From: Takakia lepidozioides | Taxonomy: Eukaryota; Plantae; Bryophyta | NCBI GenBank assembly: GCA_030704615.1 | Contig: CM060732.1 | Coordinates: forward strand, 18,848,001-18,912,000 | DNA length: 64,000 bases | Direction: 5' to 3' | Shown here: positions 51,601 to 62,523 of the stretch, piece after piece | How positions within the stretch are numbered: position 1 is the stretch's first letter | Layout: each line of letters starts with the position of its first letter | Program-made: the position numbers and the translations under genes | The notes under the pieces: model-generated | What the model saw: the letters and a program-made list of their open reading frames with translations, nothing else | Told to the model about the DNA's origin: nothing | Databases searched by the model: none

Positions 51601-54600
51601 CGGCTCTCAGCGTCACTTTCTGGTCCAAACCTCACTTACCCCAAGTGCCCGTAGCGATGAGCGCATGGTCCAGCTTTTCCGTGTGCTCAATCGCCTGCTC
51701 GACAAACACAAGGAGTCACGGCGCCGCCACCTCGCATTCAACACCCCCATCATCATTCCTGTCTGGCCCCAGGTATGCCATTGACAATACTTCAGAATCC
51801 TTCATTGCTGAGAATAACAGCTAAAGGTCAAGAAGCTCTCAGCACAACTTACTCTTATGGCGAGATTGTATGGATCCAGAGAGTTTGTATGGATGACAAC
51901 CTGATGTTCTGACTTGCATTCTCATCTTCAGGAGCATTTAGCACCTTGTATAACACAAGATCTTATGCATTTAGTTGTTGCGTCAGCGAGGATCGTAATG
52001 GTTAAATTCAATCACACTGGCTGCCGAGGTTGTTCTGATTGTCCTGAAGGCTGCCAAGGTTAAAACAGTGCCATGAAGTTGTAGGGAAGGAAGGGAAGGA
52101 AAGGAAGTTTAATTTCCACTGTCCAGGGTAAAAGTAACTTATGTCGTTTGGTTGTCGAGTTTGAAGTGGTTGTCAAATTTGCAATAAGACTGTAGAGGTT
52201 AGTCTTACTTTGCAATAGCCCTTTCAGCATTGAAACAACTTCTAAGTCTTTAAGTTGCAAGTGCATTAGCAAGCAGGGTGAATGTTGCCTGAGGATTTGA
52301 GCATGGTTGTCTCATCTCTCATATTCATCTCGTGCTGCATAGTTTGTATATGAACGGACCATTTGGTTTATTTTCAAATGTGTCTCAACTGCTTCATCTT
52401 TGTGGTTCCAGCTTCCAGAAGACCCAAGGGTGTCGGCATGTTCACATCATTAGTCTTTGTGTTTCGGAGCAATGCATTATAAGTGTGAGGGTCCAATAAA
52501 GTTATTTGAGTAATGGCAACTTCAATGTCAAGTCATGGGTTTAGGAGTCAAGGAGTTTCATGGATGTGTCAGTTACATCAAAGAGTGACACATGTAGTCT
52601 ACGTAAGCCTGGTCTTTGTACATATCTGTTGTGTCCTCCTATTACTTCATGATTGTTTTTATTGCAACGTTTTATATTTTTAAGCCATGGTCTTTGAGCA
52701 TAACTGTTGTGTCCTCCTATTACTTCCTGATCATTTTTATTCCAATGTTTATGTTCAATTTTGCACAAATGTGGAGGACCTGCACGGATAGAATTTTGCT
52801 CTAATATTCCTTTCTAAGCACTAGGTTTGAAGCGCATAGTTTGACTGAACACATGGAACTTCAGGTGCGGCTGGTAGAGGATGACTTAATGTACAGCACA
52901 TTTGGGGAAGTCTACGAAATAAACTGTGCGCGCTATGGGCGGGAAGCAGACCTGCCAATCACACATTTCAAGGAGCGGCTTAACCAGGCCATCACTGGAC
53001 AGCTAACCAACGATGCAGTGGTTGACCTGCGTTTGCACACATACAATGAAATTACTAACAAGTTTGTCAGTGAGAACGTGTTTTCCCAGTACATGTATAA
53101 GACTTTGCCCACCTGCAATCATCTCTGGACTTTCAAGAAGCAGTTTGCCGTCCAGCTGGCACTGTCCGGCTTCATGTCCTTTATGCTCCAGATTGGGGGG
53201 CGCTCACCTAACAAGATTCTCTTCGCCAAAAACACCGGCAAGGTCTTTCAGAACGACTTCCACCCTGGTATGCAGGTTGACAGTCCCTTAATGCTCTATT
53301 TATTTCAAAACTTCTCGCACTATAGTCAAAGGCAGCTGGAAGGATGCATATGGATGAGTCAGCATTCAAAGCAATAGCCCATCTGTCTAATACATTCTAA
53401 TCTTGTGTACATGAGCAGCTTATGATATGAATGGCATGGTGGAGTTTGCGGAGCCTGTGCCTTTCAGGCTGACACGCAACCTGCAAACATTTTTTACTCC
53501 TTTTGGTGTGGAGGGATTGTTTGTGTCTTCCATGTGTGCTGCAGCCCAGGCCATCGTTGCTCCCAAGGTCTACTCTTCCCCCTCCCCCTTCCCCTCCTCT
53601 GTGCGTCAACTCTGAGGGTAATATGGACACTAAAAAGTTGCTTGCTCGCTTACTCTGTTGCTCCTTCCATGGTGTTTAAACTGGAAACATTTTGGGGGAT
53701 ATTTTACCGCAATGCCCTGACTCAATTCACAGGGTGTGAGACCTGGCTCTGAAGTGCACAGAAATGTGGAGAGGGGATGTGGAGAGCTTCCCAGAGAGGT
53801 TAAACCTTCAGATTTCAATTGGTTCTCATACCCTGTGGATTGACACTGGGCATCAGAGCTAAACAAATCCTCTGAGGCTAGAATTTGACCTCTCCGTACT
53901 ACCCAGGAAGTAGAGACAGAGTGCCATTTCTTCTGTTCTCCTACATACTACGAGGTCAGCTGCCTATATTATTTGAATCATCAGAGGCTCCTAGTCTTTG
54001 GCAGTGACTTTCAGCTTCAAGGACCTAAAAGTGTCTCTGAAGCCTATTTTCATGAAGCACACCGTCTTCCGCACTGATAGGTGTTTTCTGAAGTGGTGCT
54101 TCTAGTTCTACTTTACCCCATGGCCCTTGGGGCGCTTGTGGTTGTTATTAAGTTCCTGTCTCTCTTCCCCTATGAGCCTCCCCTGCAGAGATGTATCGTT
54201 TTTGCCTTCTTTCTCCCTCAGGACCCCACCCACCCCCCTTCTTCTAGGTAATGACACCTTGGCCAACGTTTTGGCTGACACCCTGACCGAATTTCAGCGT
54301 ATGCAGTGCCTTTCTTGACATTTTTTTTTCTTCAGACTCTCTTCTATCTGTCCCATGGCCCCCTCATGCATGCTGCGAAGTTTCTTTCTTTCTCCCTCTC
54401 ACAAGCAGTCCTCGGCAGCTTACTTACATATGGCTGTTCTTATTTCTTCCCACTCAAAGAGGGTAACTTCTGCTCTCAATGAAGTGGTTCCGCTGCAAAA
54501 TCAAAGGTCCTGGCACCAAGTCAAAGAGTGTGACCGCTCTCTATTGTCAACTAACTTCTTTTCCTTGTTGTGGAAAATCAAAGAGGGTAACCTTCTTCTG

Positions 54601-55988
54601 ATCTCAACAAATGGCTCCTGCTGCAAAATCAAAGACTGTAACCTCTCTCTGTTCTCATCAATTTCTGTATTCTGTTCTTCATGCAAACTCCAAAAGGTAA
54701 CCTCCTCTAAATGAAATGCTCCTGCTGCAAACTCAAAGAATGTTAACTCTCGTTGCTTGGCCCTTAACAGGGGAGTAAAATATTCCTTAAAGACACATAA
54801 ACTGACAATTTGATGTGCAATTGGTGCAGAATCAACACATGCAGCACCAGCTGGCAATGTTTTTTAGGGATGAGCTTATCTCATGGTCATGGCGTCGACC
54901 ACCAGGGATGCCACAAGCACCAGGCAGTGTAGGCATCAGCTCCAATGAGCTCCAAACAAAAGTAGCTGCCAATGTGGAGCAGGTTATGGCACGCATTAAA
55001 ACTATTGCACCTCAGAGTTTCCATGAAGAGGTAAATTGCTAAACAAAGCAAGAACTCTATGTCCATAGTCATGTGAAAGTGGTGGTTGTAGGTACTACAG
55101 GGAAGAGGTATGGTGCTAAACGAAGCAAGTTCCTCTCTTGTCCTACTCATTTGGATGAGGTGTTTGTGGGTGCTATAGTATCAAAAATTGAATGGTTTGC
55201 ACTGTTGACTTTTGTGATCCTCCTTTCATGTGTCTGTGTGTGTCTGTCTGATAGACACAAAAGAACTAATTCCGGCGTACTTGCCAACAGACACACACAT
55301 GGAAACTTCACAACACTCACTAGGAACCCAAGGGCACAGTAGACCAAGAAAGTACTTCGTAGAACACTATACGACTCCGAAGATGAAGTGCCGCATGCAG
55401 GTAGGCTGCTAGGCACTTCCGATCCTTAAAGCTGAAGGCTTCTGCCAACGGATGTGGATAAATGATGGGTATTTTCCTCTGATCTTGTAGTATGCCAGAA
55501 AGGAGGAGTGATGGTGTACTTCCTGGGTGGTACAAACAGGATAGGTTCTGTCCTCAATTGGAGTGTCACCCTAGGGCCTCAGCTCAATCCGCAGGCTGTA
55601 AGATCCAACTCTGCAGGAGCCCAAGGTCCTGGTGAGAGATGCAGAGAGAGAGCTTCCAATGGTGGTAGGAAAGCAGAATATACGATTGTCTCTTATGACC
55701 ATGGAAGTCTCTTTGCAGAATCACAGTTTGGCTGAGATTCGGCATTGAGACCCTGATGTTCATCGCACCTCCTGAGAAGGGAAGAAATAGCACCCAGCTA
55801 GGGTAAGTGTGCAAACAGATTGTCAGAAAATGAAAGGATTTTGTAAACAGCGTTGTGCGGTTGTGCAGGAGGAGAATTCAGCAGAAGCTCCGCAATCAGT
55901 GCAAAGGGGAGTTACGGAGCTGGTAGAAGCAGCCCTACGTCCCAAAAGCCTGTGTATGATGGATCCAACATGGCACCCTTGGTTTTGA
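21659..55988 (+). CDS. TRRAP: Transformation/transcription domain-associated protein (Tra1; SAGA/NuA4 scaffold, PIKK pseudokinase), ~45 coding exons, lesions at 44.8-50.3 kb
   Basis: N-terminus MIPIANFEQHARKFLEPDL, then EVRDSIEIVHTSEYLNFLK, LGKLGGRNRRFLKEP, FAT-domain WRLRTPNEWD, pseudokinase LQIGGRSPNKILFAKNTGKVFQNDF (no catalytic DRH..N) and FATC ..MDPTWHPWF*. GT-AG exons: 21659-21716, 22034-22410, 22838-23185, 23505-23630, 24401-24486, 24715-24823, 24951-25046, 25341-25403, 25616-25675, 26143-26217, 26587-26668, 26898-27007, 27459-27686, 28106-29110, 29537-30199, 30690-31043, 31267-31602, 32133-32391, 32602-32824, 34251-34620, 34709-34858, 36120-36341, 36878-37099, 37455-38183, 38468-38731, 38822-39184, 39373-39782, 39900-40173, 42571-42726, 43422-43760, 44075-44260, 44713-~44841 (truncated), 47422-47706, 47900-~48206, 48464-48769 (garbled), 49045-49335, 49549-49773, ~49947-50292 (garbled end), 50526-50843, 51041-51154, 51494-51772, 52865-53267, 53419-53567, 54830-55030, 55869-55988. 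Confidence 0.96.
33137..33480 (-). mobile_element. Intronic LINE 3' fragment with (CATTT)n tail
   Basis: The minus strand reads FLCPLYYEIRGRFHCLF...DQKCLAAYLHEAF. Tail gaaatgaaatgaaatgaaat at ~33137-33156. Related copy at 55230-55560. Confidence 0.65.
41670..42130 (-). mobile_element. Intronic LINE 3' fragment related to 4422-4849
   Basis: The reverse complement of 41682-41730 (caaacttggg...ggccatgaggctactgcaaacaa) resembles the LINE 3' end at 4790-4832. The far boundary is approximate. Confidence 0.5.
44843..46943. mobile_element. LINE RT C-terminal region present as an inverted duplication (minus 45860-44843, plus 45861-46943)
   Basis: The minus strand reads, with indels, LGAEFSSNCNW.DAHIRKVVQK.ARAKL..KKTMLCRVIR.ALEYG, which is a LINE RT thumb. 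The plus arm ends in LKFKLRAGSLPLN, a zinc knuckle and ttatgagtacaat. Arms 44843-45595 and 45861-46565 are reverse complements. Confidence 0.85.
52608..52752. repeat. ~78-bp tandem duplication in a TRRAP intron
   Basis: tggtcttt..ca.a.ctgttgtgtcctcctattacttc.tga...ttttatt.caa.gttt occurs twice. Confidence 0.8.
55230..55560 (-). mobile_element. Intronic LINE 3' fragment (family of 33137-33480)
   Basis: The minus strand reads DRKCLAAYLHAALHLR, with shared DNA gtaggctgc.a.gca and a simple-repeat tail at ~55230-55250. Confidence 0.6.
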
Positions 55989-56911
55989 TTTCCACTTTAT
56001 ATGCTAATGGGCCACGGGCTAGTTCAGCTTCTGAATTGGGAAAAACCATCACATCTGGTTTTACTTGGGAAATTGTTGCTCTCAATGGATTTCTATTTGA
56101 TGGGAGGGTTGCTGCTGGACACTTCGGCAAGCAGTGTCTGGAGAGACTGGAAGAACACAACTTTAATATATTTGCTGTAGGGAGGATGATGCCCTCTGCC
56201 AAAATTTTGCTGGAATCAGGAGCCAGTACTTGTAATTAGAATGCAAATTTGAGGGAGCTTGCGCTGTGCCCTCCCACATACAACCCCATTTTACTGTAGA
56301 TAACAACACATTATTTGTGGTGAACCATGTAGGCGGACCATTTTTGTTAGGAAGAGAGAAGGCATGCCAGAGCCTGGTTAAGCATGATGTGAAGGCCAGC
56401 CCACCTTGGTAGGATGGAATTTATATAATAAAGATATGGGCCTGATGGTCAATTTGTAGCTCCTCACTTCATCATCGACTACCAGTTGTCCCACCTTTGA
56501 CCATTGAGCGACGTGTAAATGTGGTTGTCAGTGAATCCTCCCATATTGACAGAGTGTCGTATCTTGTGTTTCTTGGGTTAGCATCTTATGTATCTTGGGT
56601 TAGTAGTTACTTTGTTTCTACCCCAAGTTGTCTACTCATTTATGTGATTTATTCGTCTTGCCTTTGTCTTGCTCACAATTCTCTAGCATATTTGTATCCC
56701 TAGGGTCACAGACTATTGGGGGGAGTTATGTTGAAGCGAGAAAGGCATCTTGTCTGTTGTTTTCTTGGTACCCCCCGTGTCCTTGGCAATCATGTAATTC
56801 TCTTTGTGCACCTTTCTACTGTTGCTGTCGGTAATCCAACATACATACATAGTAAGTCCCATGCATTTCTTTCCAGAAGGGAGATGGCTTGACAAGATCA
56901 AGTGGATAGAG

Positions 56912-58020
56912 CACTACTGCAAAAAGGGGCCCTTAAACAACGCCCGTCCGTCGTGGCCCCAAATAGCCTGCGACGGAGGCATCGGGGGATGACCTACGAG
57001 ACGGTCGCGGCTACGACGGCACAGCGTCCCCAACAGCGCTGAATGCCTCCTGCGGCCATCGCCTTGCCTGTGATGACTGCTGCTTGCAGCTGGCTATGTC
57101 AACTCCGTTGTGGGGTAGGCGGCGCTGTGGCGTCACCCTGGTCGCTGCGACGCCAAGGGGTCGCAACGGGAGGCATCAGCTTTTGGGGGGGTGGGGGTTT
57201 GAAGGTGATCAGCTGGGGCTTGGAGTACTGGGTAATGAAGGGCAGAAAGGCAGGGGGAATCAGGGGAGATGGAGATAGAGGGAGAGATGCTAGAGTAGGT
57301 GCCGGGAGAGGGATAGGGAGGTCAAAAAGCGAGGGTCCTCTTGAGCGGCATAGGCTAGAGGGCATACTAGTTGGATGGGGGAGGGGGAGAGCTGGATAAA
57401 ACACTTTACAAAAACATTAACAATTGAGAGTTCTCTATAACAATTTAGAGAATGTCACATTATATATACAATTAATGTCAAGTATTTTGTGAGGGCTAAA
57501 TAAATGATCATTCATCCGGAGGTTCTTCATCCTCATCAAGCTGCAAAACCTGTTGGTTATCACAGTCATCTTCACCAATGGGCTTGTTTGCGAAAGGGAA
57601 ATGTGAATATGATTCATTATCTCCGCCACTTGCATCTTCCATCTCATAGTCGGTGGCCATATCTTCATCTCCTTCTCCAACATCCATATCAGACTCCCCT
57701 TAATATCCATCGTTATTGGCTGAGGCAGCATCATTATCATCTACCCATCCTCCAATATCATCAATACTTGATTCATGATGTAGTGTGTGACGTTTACCAT
57801 TGTCCGCGCATCAGTCATACTGCGGTTGGCATCGGGCTCATTATCATGACCAGTCTCTTCCTCTTCCGCATTTGGTTCACCCCATATAGATCCGTGACCA
57901 TGATAGATACGTCTTCATCTTGGCTGGGTTAACTTGCTATTCCGAGCTGGTCCCTTCTAACATTGATTTGAAATTCTCTGTTTCTTTTTCTAGCTGAGCT
58001 ATCAAATCATGACCCTATCA
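56912..58020 (+). mobile_element. CACTA left end with CGACG subterminal repeats and a decayed acidic ORF
   Basis: CACTACtgcaaaaaggggccctt at 56912 resembles the reverse complement of the 11037 end (cactacaggaacaggggggccttt). cgacg/cgtcg repeats follow, then a D/E-rich minus-strand remnant at ~57500-57900. Confidence 0.6.
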
Positions 58021-58031
58021 TGGGTTGTTAC

Positions 58032-59847
58032 GGGGGAATGCTAGATCATGAGCCCAGCCCCGTGAGCATGTCAGCCCAGGCAGGCTCACATAAGCTTATG
58101 AGCCCAGTCAGCTAGCATGAAAGTGGTCGAAGATGTAGGGCCTATGACCGCGGTCAACCACCCATTTCCGCGGAAATGGGACTATTCAAATAAGCTTCCA
58201 ACATAGAAACAATGGTGACTAAACTGATTGCCCAATTGTGGTGCAGACATGTATCACGATGGTGAACCGAATTTTGGTAAAAAATACAAAACATTTGAAG
58301 GTCGAAACTATAGTGAATGCAACAAGGAAACAAGGTTTTCTCTTGAGCCCCTCTCCAAATAGCATCATTGGACCTCCTCAAACTCCAGTTTGAATCAACA
58401 TACTTATAGAGCATGTCGTCCATTTGAGGCCCACTATACAATCAATGAAGCACCACATATCATAGATCTGAAAGTTCCTAATAAAAGAAGAAGCAAATTC
58501 TTTACGAATCCTAGAGACGCAATTTGCATCCAACATCATAGTCTATAGAGCAATAACCACGATCTAGACATGCACTGGGCATGGGGAAATGTGATGATCA
58601 TCAACGATCATCACATTTGCATATCAAACCAAGGTTAAGAAAAAAAAAAAAAAACTTAAAAAAAAATTTAACAGATTCGAGATGGAGGCAAACGATCATG
58701 ACATTTTCCCTATCTAAACTATGATAGCATGACGTTATATTTTTTTATAGTAGTGTATGGTTGTCTATAGCAAAGTGATGTCCATCAAATAAGCATGTGG
58801 AGCAATGTAGACGTGCAGTGGGCATGCAGAAATGTCAACGATCATGACATTCGCATATCGAACCAGGGAAAAAAAATAAAAAACAAACAAACAAACAAAA
58901 CAAAAAACTTTTTTTTCTTAAAAGTCACTTCGGGCTCTGTTCCTCAAGACAAGGCGTATCAGGTTACCGATCGTGACATTTTCCCTATCTGAACTATGAT
59001 AGTATGACATTATATTCTCTATAGTAGTGTATGGTTGTCCATAGCAAAATGATGTCCATCGAATAAGCATATGGAGCAATCTAGACGTGCAGTGAGCATG
59101 GGGAAATGTCATGATCGTTCGTATATCGAACCAGAAAAAAAAAAAAAAAAAATCTTAAAAGTCACTTTGGGCTCTATTCTTTAAGACAAGGCGTATCAGG
59201 TTACGGTTGGTAATTTCCCGGATTGCACCTGTCCTAGTTTCATAAGCATGCGTGAGGGCAGTCTCGAAAACCGGAGGAAGTGGATCCCATGCAAGCAGCT
59301 GTACTACACATTTTTACGCAGGATGTGTTGTGACCCCAAAAGAGACCAATATATTCACGAGGCCACGCTAACTTTTAGCGAAGTCCATGCTCATCTGCAA
59401 CGTGATAGGTTTGAAACAAATTGAGGAGTACCCTACGTACTATTTGGGAGCTACGTCCCAACTACTTCTATGCGTTCTTACTTTGCACGGATGTTTAGTA
59501 AAAATGCCATTACATTACAACAGCTGCCTATTTCACTTAATGTTTGTTTTGAACCTCACATTCTTGGGCCGGTCCAATGCCAATTAAGCAATACATGTTC
59601 TTCTCTTTCATGCCATATGCATGTTGTAATAGGCAGTTCCTTTTGTAATTCTACTCCACATTTTCATATTGTAGTGTGTCATTTCTGCTCGTATTGGTCT
59701 TTCCAACGGTAATAGGCCCTCGTTGTCATGTCCTCGGGTATAGGGCATGCTTCTACTATACTGCAAACCCTGGGCTCACGCTTTCTGGATAAACCGTGAG
59801 CCCAGCTCCCAGGCTCATGGGGCTGGGCTCATGACCTAGCTGCCCTC
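58032..59847. mobile_element. Non-autonomous or decayed hAT DNA transposon
   Basis: ~35-bp TIRs (..gctagatcatgagcccagccccgtgagc / gctcatggggctgggctcatgacctagctgccctc) and an 8-bp TSD GTTGTTAC at 58024-58031 and 59848-59855. Confidence 0.8.
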
Positions 59848-61778
59848 GTTGTTACGTCATGCCTCCATGAGTTGGACCCTCAGTTCTTGGAATATTCGAG
59901 GTATCGGGTCGGACACTTCTATGCCTAAGCGAAGACATATTCAACGTTGGGCATCTTATCTAGGAAAATTGCGGCATTGGGAAGCGAGTTCCTTTCATCA
60001 CGTTGCAACTTGGCTACTTGGCAGAGTCCAATGTGCATTCACTGTTCCTACTGCTATTTTTTATGTTTGACATGTTTTTTTAAATATTTACCCTTCCAAT
60101 GTCACCTCAGAACGTATTGACCTTTGGTGTCTCATATTACGTTATAAAATTCTCACCTTCCTGCATGATGCACATTGCATTGGGTCTCAGTTGGTGATCT
60201 TAATATGGTTGATAGTTCTTGTGATTGTTTCGGGATGACGGTTCAGTCTCTGTCTACTGAAGAGCAATCGGCTTGGGATTCCCTTTGTTTTACTGTGGGC
60301 TTCTTTGACATCCATGAGCTTGATCGGAACTCTCTTGGGACTCTCTTAGGTATACTTGGTCCAATAATATAGGATAGGATATATGGCACAATTCTTGCGA
60401 AGACTTGGGCGAGAACTTTTCCCCAGTCCCCAATTCTGCTGGACTTCGACCATGCACAAGTCTCCACCATTTTCAAACCTCCCAGGGTTCATGCCAAAGG
60501 ACTAAGTATCTTTAAATTGAACCCTACTCTTCTATGCTCAGCCTTTTTTATCCGCTGGCCAATGTTTGGCCGGCCGCTAGATCCATTGTTCAATCTCCAA
60601 CTTTGAAATTTTTGCAAAAATTAGCAGCGGTCAGAAAAGCTGCCCAATCCATCTCCATGACTAGTGCTGCATTGTAGGAAAGATCTAGGAAAGAGCATAC
60701 CTTGCTCAAATGCATCTCACATTGTCAATGGCTCATTGAAATTAACGTGGTGGGTCCCCAATGACTCGTTGATGACTGGAAAAAAGAACTTGGCAGAGCT
60801 CAATAGTATCAAGGAGCAGTCGCTCAATAGGAAAGCGAGGGTTAATTGGTCTCTCAAAGGAGAGAAAATGACGGCTTATCTATTTCAAAAAGCTAAGCAA
60901 AGACAGACAGCTATGTCTATCTGCTCTCAGCTGCAAAACAAAGAAGGTGTTACGCAGACCAAGCCAAAAATCATGGCTGGCATTACAGCACAATATTTCA
61001 CAAAACTTTTTGGCCGGCCCCGTCCTCACCTTGATTACACCTCCTGTGCTCGTGCTTCTCTCATAGATACAGTTCCCAACATCCTCTATGCTGTTGATCA
61101 AGCTTGACTATCTGCCCCCTTTACCACTCTGAAACTTCTATTGGCAATAAAATCTCTTAGCTTGAACAAATCTCTAGGACCTGGTCTAAACGGCCTATGG
61201 ATAAAGCTGTTTAAAGCCTTATGGCTTCATATTGGATATGCCTTTTTGGCTATATTGGTCAATGATGTCCTAGCCAAAGGAGATCCGTCCCAAATCTCGC
61301 AAGGAGTTATTACCCTCATTCACAAAAAAAGTGACAGAGGGGTCATAACGAATTATTGACCTATCACGTTGTTAAATTTCATCTTATAAAATTATAGCTT
61401 TAAAGGCTCTTGCTCTTTGATTACAGCCCATGTTGGGCAGGCTTATTCGTCATGAGCAGTCAAGCTTTCTCAAAAATTAAATGATTCTGGATAACATCCT
61501 CCTGGCTCATGAAGCATTGTTTCAAGCCCAGGCCTCAAACCAGCCGCTTGCCCTCTTTATATTGGATTTTGAAAAGGCCTTTAACAATGTGGATTGGCCC
61601 TTCCTCTTATGTGTTTTGGAAAAGTCTGGTATCAACGGACATTTTCTTCCATGGATTCAAATTCTGTTGTTTTCTGCTTCCAGCAAAGTCATCGTGAATG
61701 GCGCTCTCTCCTCCTCATTTGCTCTTCACAGATCTGTTTGCAAATCTGTTAGGCAAGGTTGCCTGTTTACCCCTTTCC

Positions 61779-62235
61779 TGTTGGAAAACCACGGGCGTGT
61801 GGTCGGGCTAGGGATTGAACCTAGGACCCCCCCATTCCGGTGGGGTGCTCTACCACTGAGCTACCCGTCCCGTTGTGTTCTCAGAGTGCCGTGCAAGGGC
61901 TATAGCCTTGACACCTCCAACACTCCCCCTCAAGGCATAGCCCTTATGCTAATGCCCACCCATTCTGACCACCGCCCCAACCTTGGCTCTGATACCATGT
62001 AAGATTCAGCATACTGGAATACTTTACTAAGGAGGAACATCAGGAATACAGTACCCTTAACGGGTTCCCTATTTATCTAAGAGCTAGCATTGATTGCCGG
62101 TAGGTGGCACTAAACCCGATTAGCTGGAATTCACCTAATGCTTACCAACTGGATGACTCCTACTTAATAAAGAGATAAAGCAAACAAGGTGTCACCCTGG
62201 TGGGACCAAGCTGATATAGCTTTCTAAATCTAACA
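61779..62235 (-). mobile_element. TRIM-like miniature LTR retroelement with non-identical LTRs (3' LTR tRNA-derived, Helenus-like)
   Basis: TSD TTTCC at 61774-61778 and 62236-62240. 5' LTR 62235-61998 (plus strand TGTAAGA..TCTAACA). PBS TGGTATCAGAGCC at 61997-61985 (tRNA-iMet). PPT TTGAGGGGGAG at 61933-61923. 3' LTR 61922-61779 (TGTTGGA..TCCAACA). Confidence 0.88.
61800..61870 (-). ncRNA. tRNA-like cloverleaf (pseudo-tRNA, Pol III type-2 promoter) inside an LTR
   Basis: GGACGGG TA GCTC AGTGGTA GAGC A CCCCA CCGGAA TGGGG GGGTC CTAGG TTCAATC CCTAG CCCGACC A. Acceptor stem 6/7 bp; D, anticodon and T stems perfect; A and B boxes intact; anticodon loop only 6 nt. Confidence 0.85.
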
Positions 62236-62523
62236 TTTCCTGTTTTTGATTGTTGCGGGCACGCTAGGCCATCTTCTCTTTTCCCCAATGTTTGAAAATC
62301 GCATGGAAGCCTGCACTTGTACATGAGATATAAGCATTCCAAAAAGGTTTGGTCTAATATATTGGCCAAAGTTAGGGACCATAGGAAAAATTGTCTGTCT
62401 TTTTTGTTTCGAAGAGGGGGACAGGCACTCAAAAGACCTCTTGTTCTGTCAGACAGAGCAGCGAGGTCTCTGATCACAGTGATCAGGCATAGTAACTATT
62501 GACTTTCACTATTCAATAAACGT

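Larger units (their letters stand above)
59867..62320 (+). mobile_element. Decayed L1/Tx1-type LINE ORF2 (APE endonuclease plus RT), interrupted at 61779-62235
   Basis: SWNIRG, WVSVGDLN, KSLGPGLNG, ILDNILLAHE, LDFEKAFNNVDWPFL and VRQGCLFTPF, which continues after the insertion as FLFLIVA. Many stops. Confidence 0.9.

Noticed and set aside
53160-53267. Missing kinase catalytic residues as a sign of decay
   Set aside because: TRRAP/Tra1 is an established pseudokinase, so this is normal.
11037-56912. Giant Pack-CACTA carrying ATG13 and TRRAP
   Set aside because: The CACTA termini face away from the genes.
61800-61870. Functional tRNA gene
   Set aside because: The anticodon loop is 6 nt without U33, the acceptor stem has a mismatch, no oligo-T terminator follows directly, and it is embedded in an LTR.
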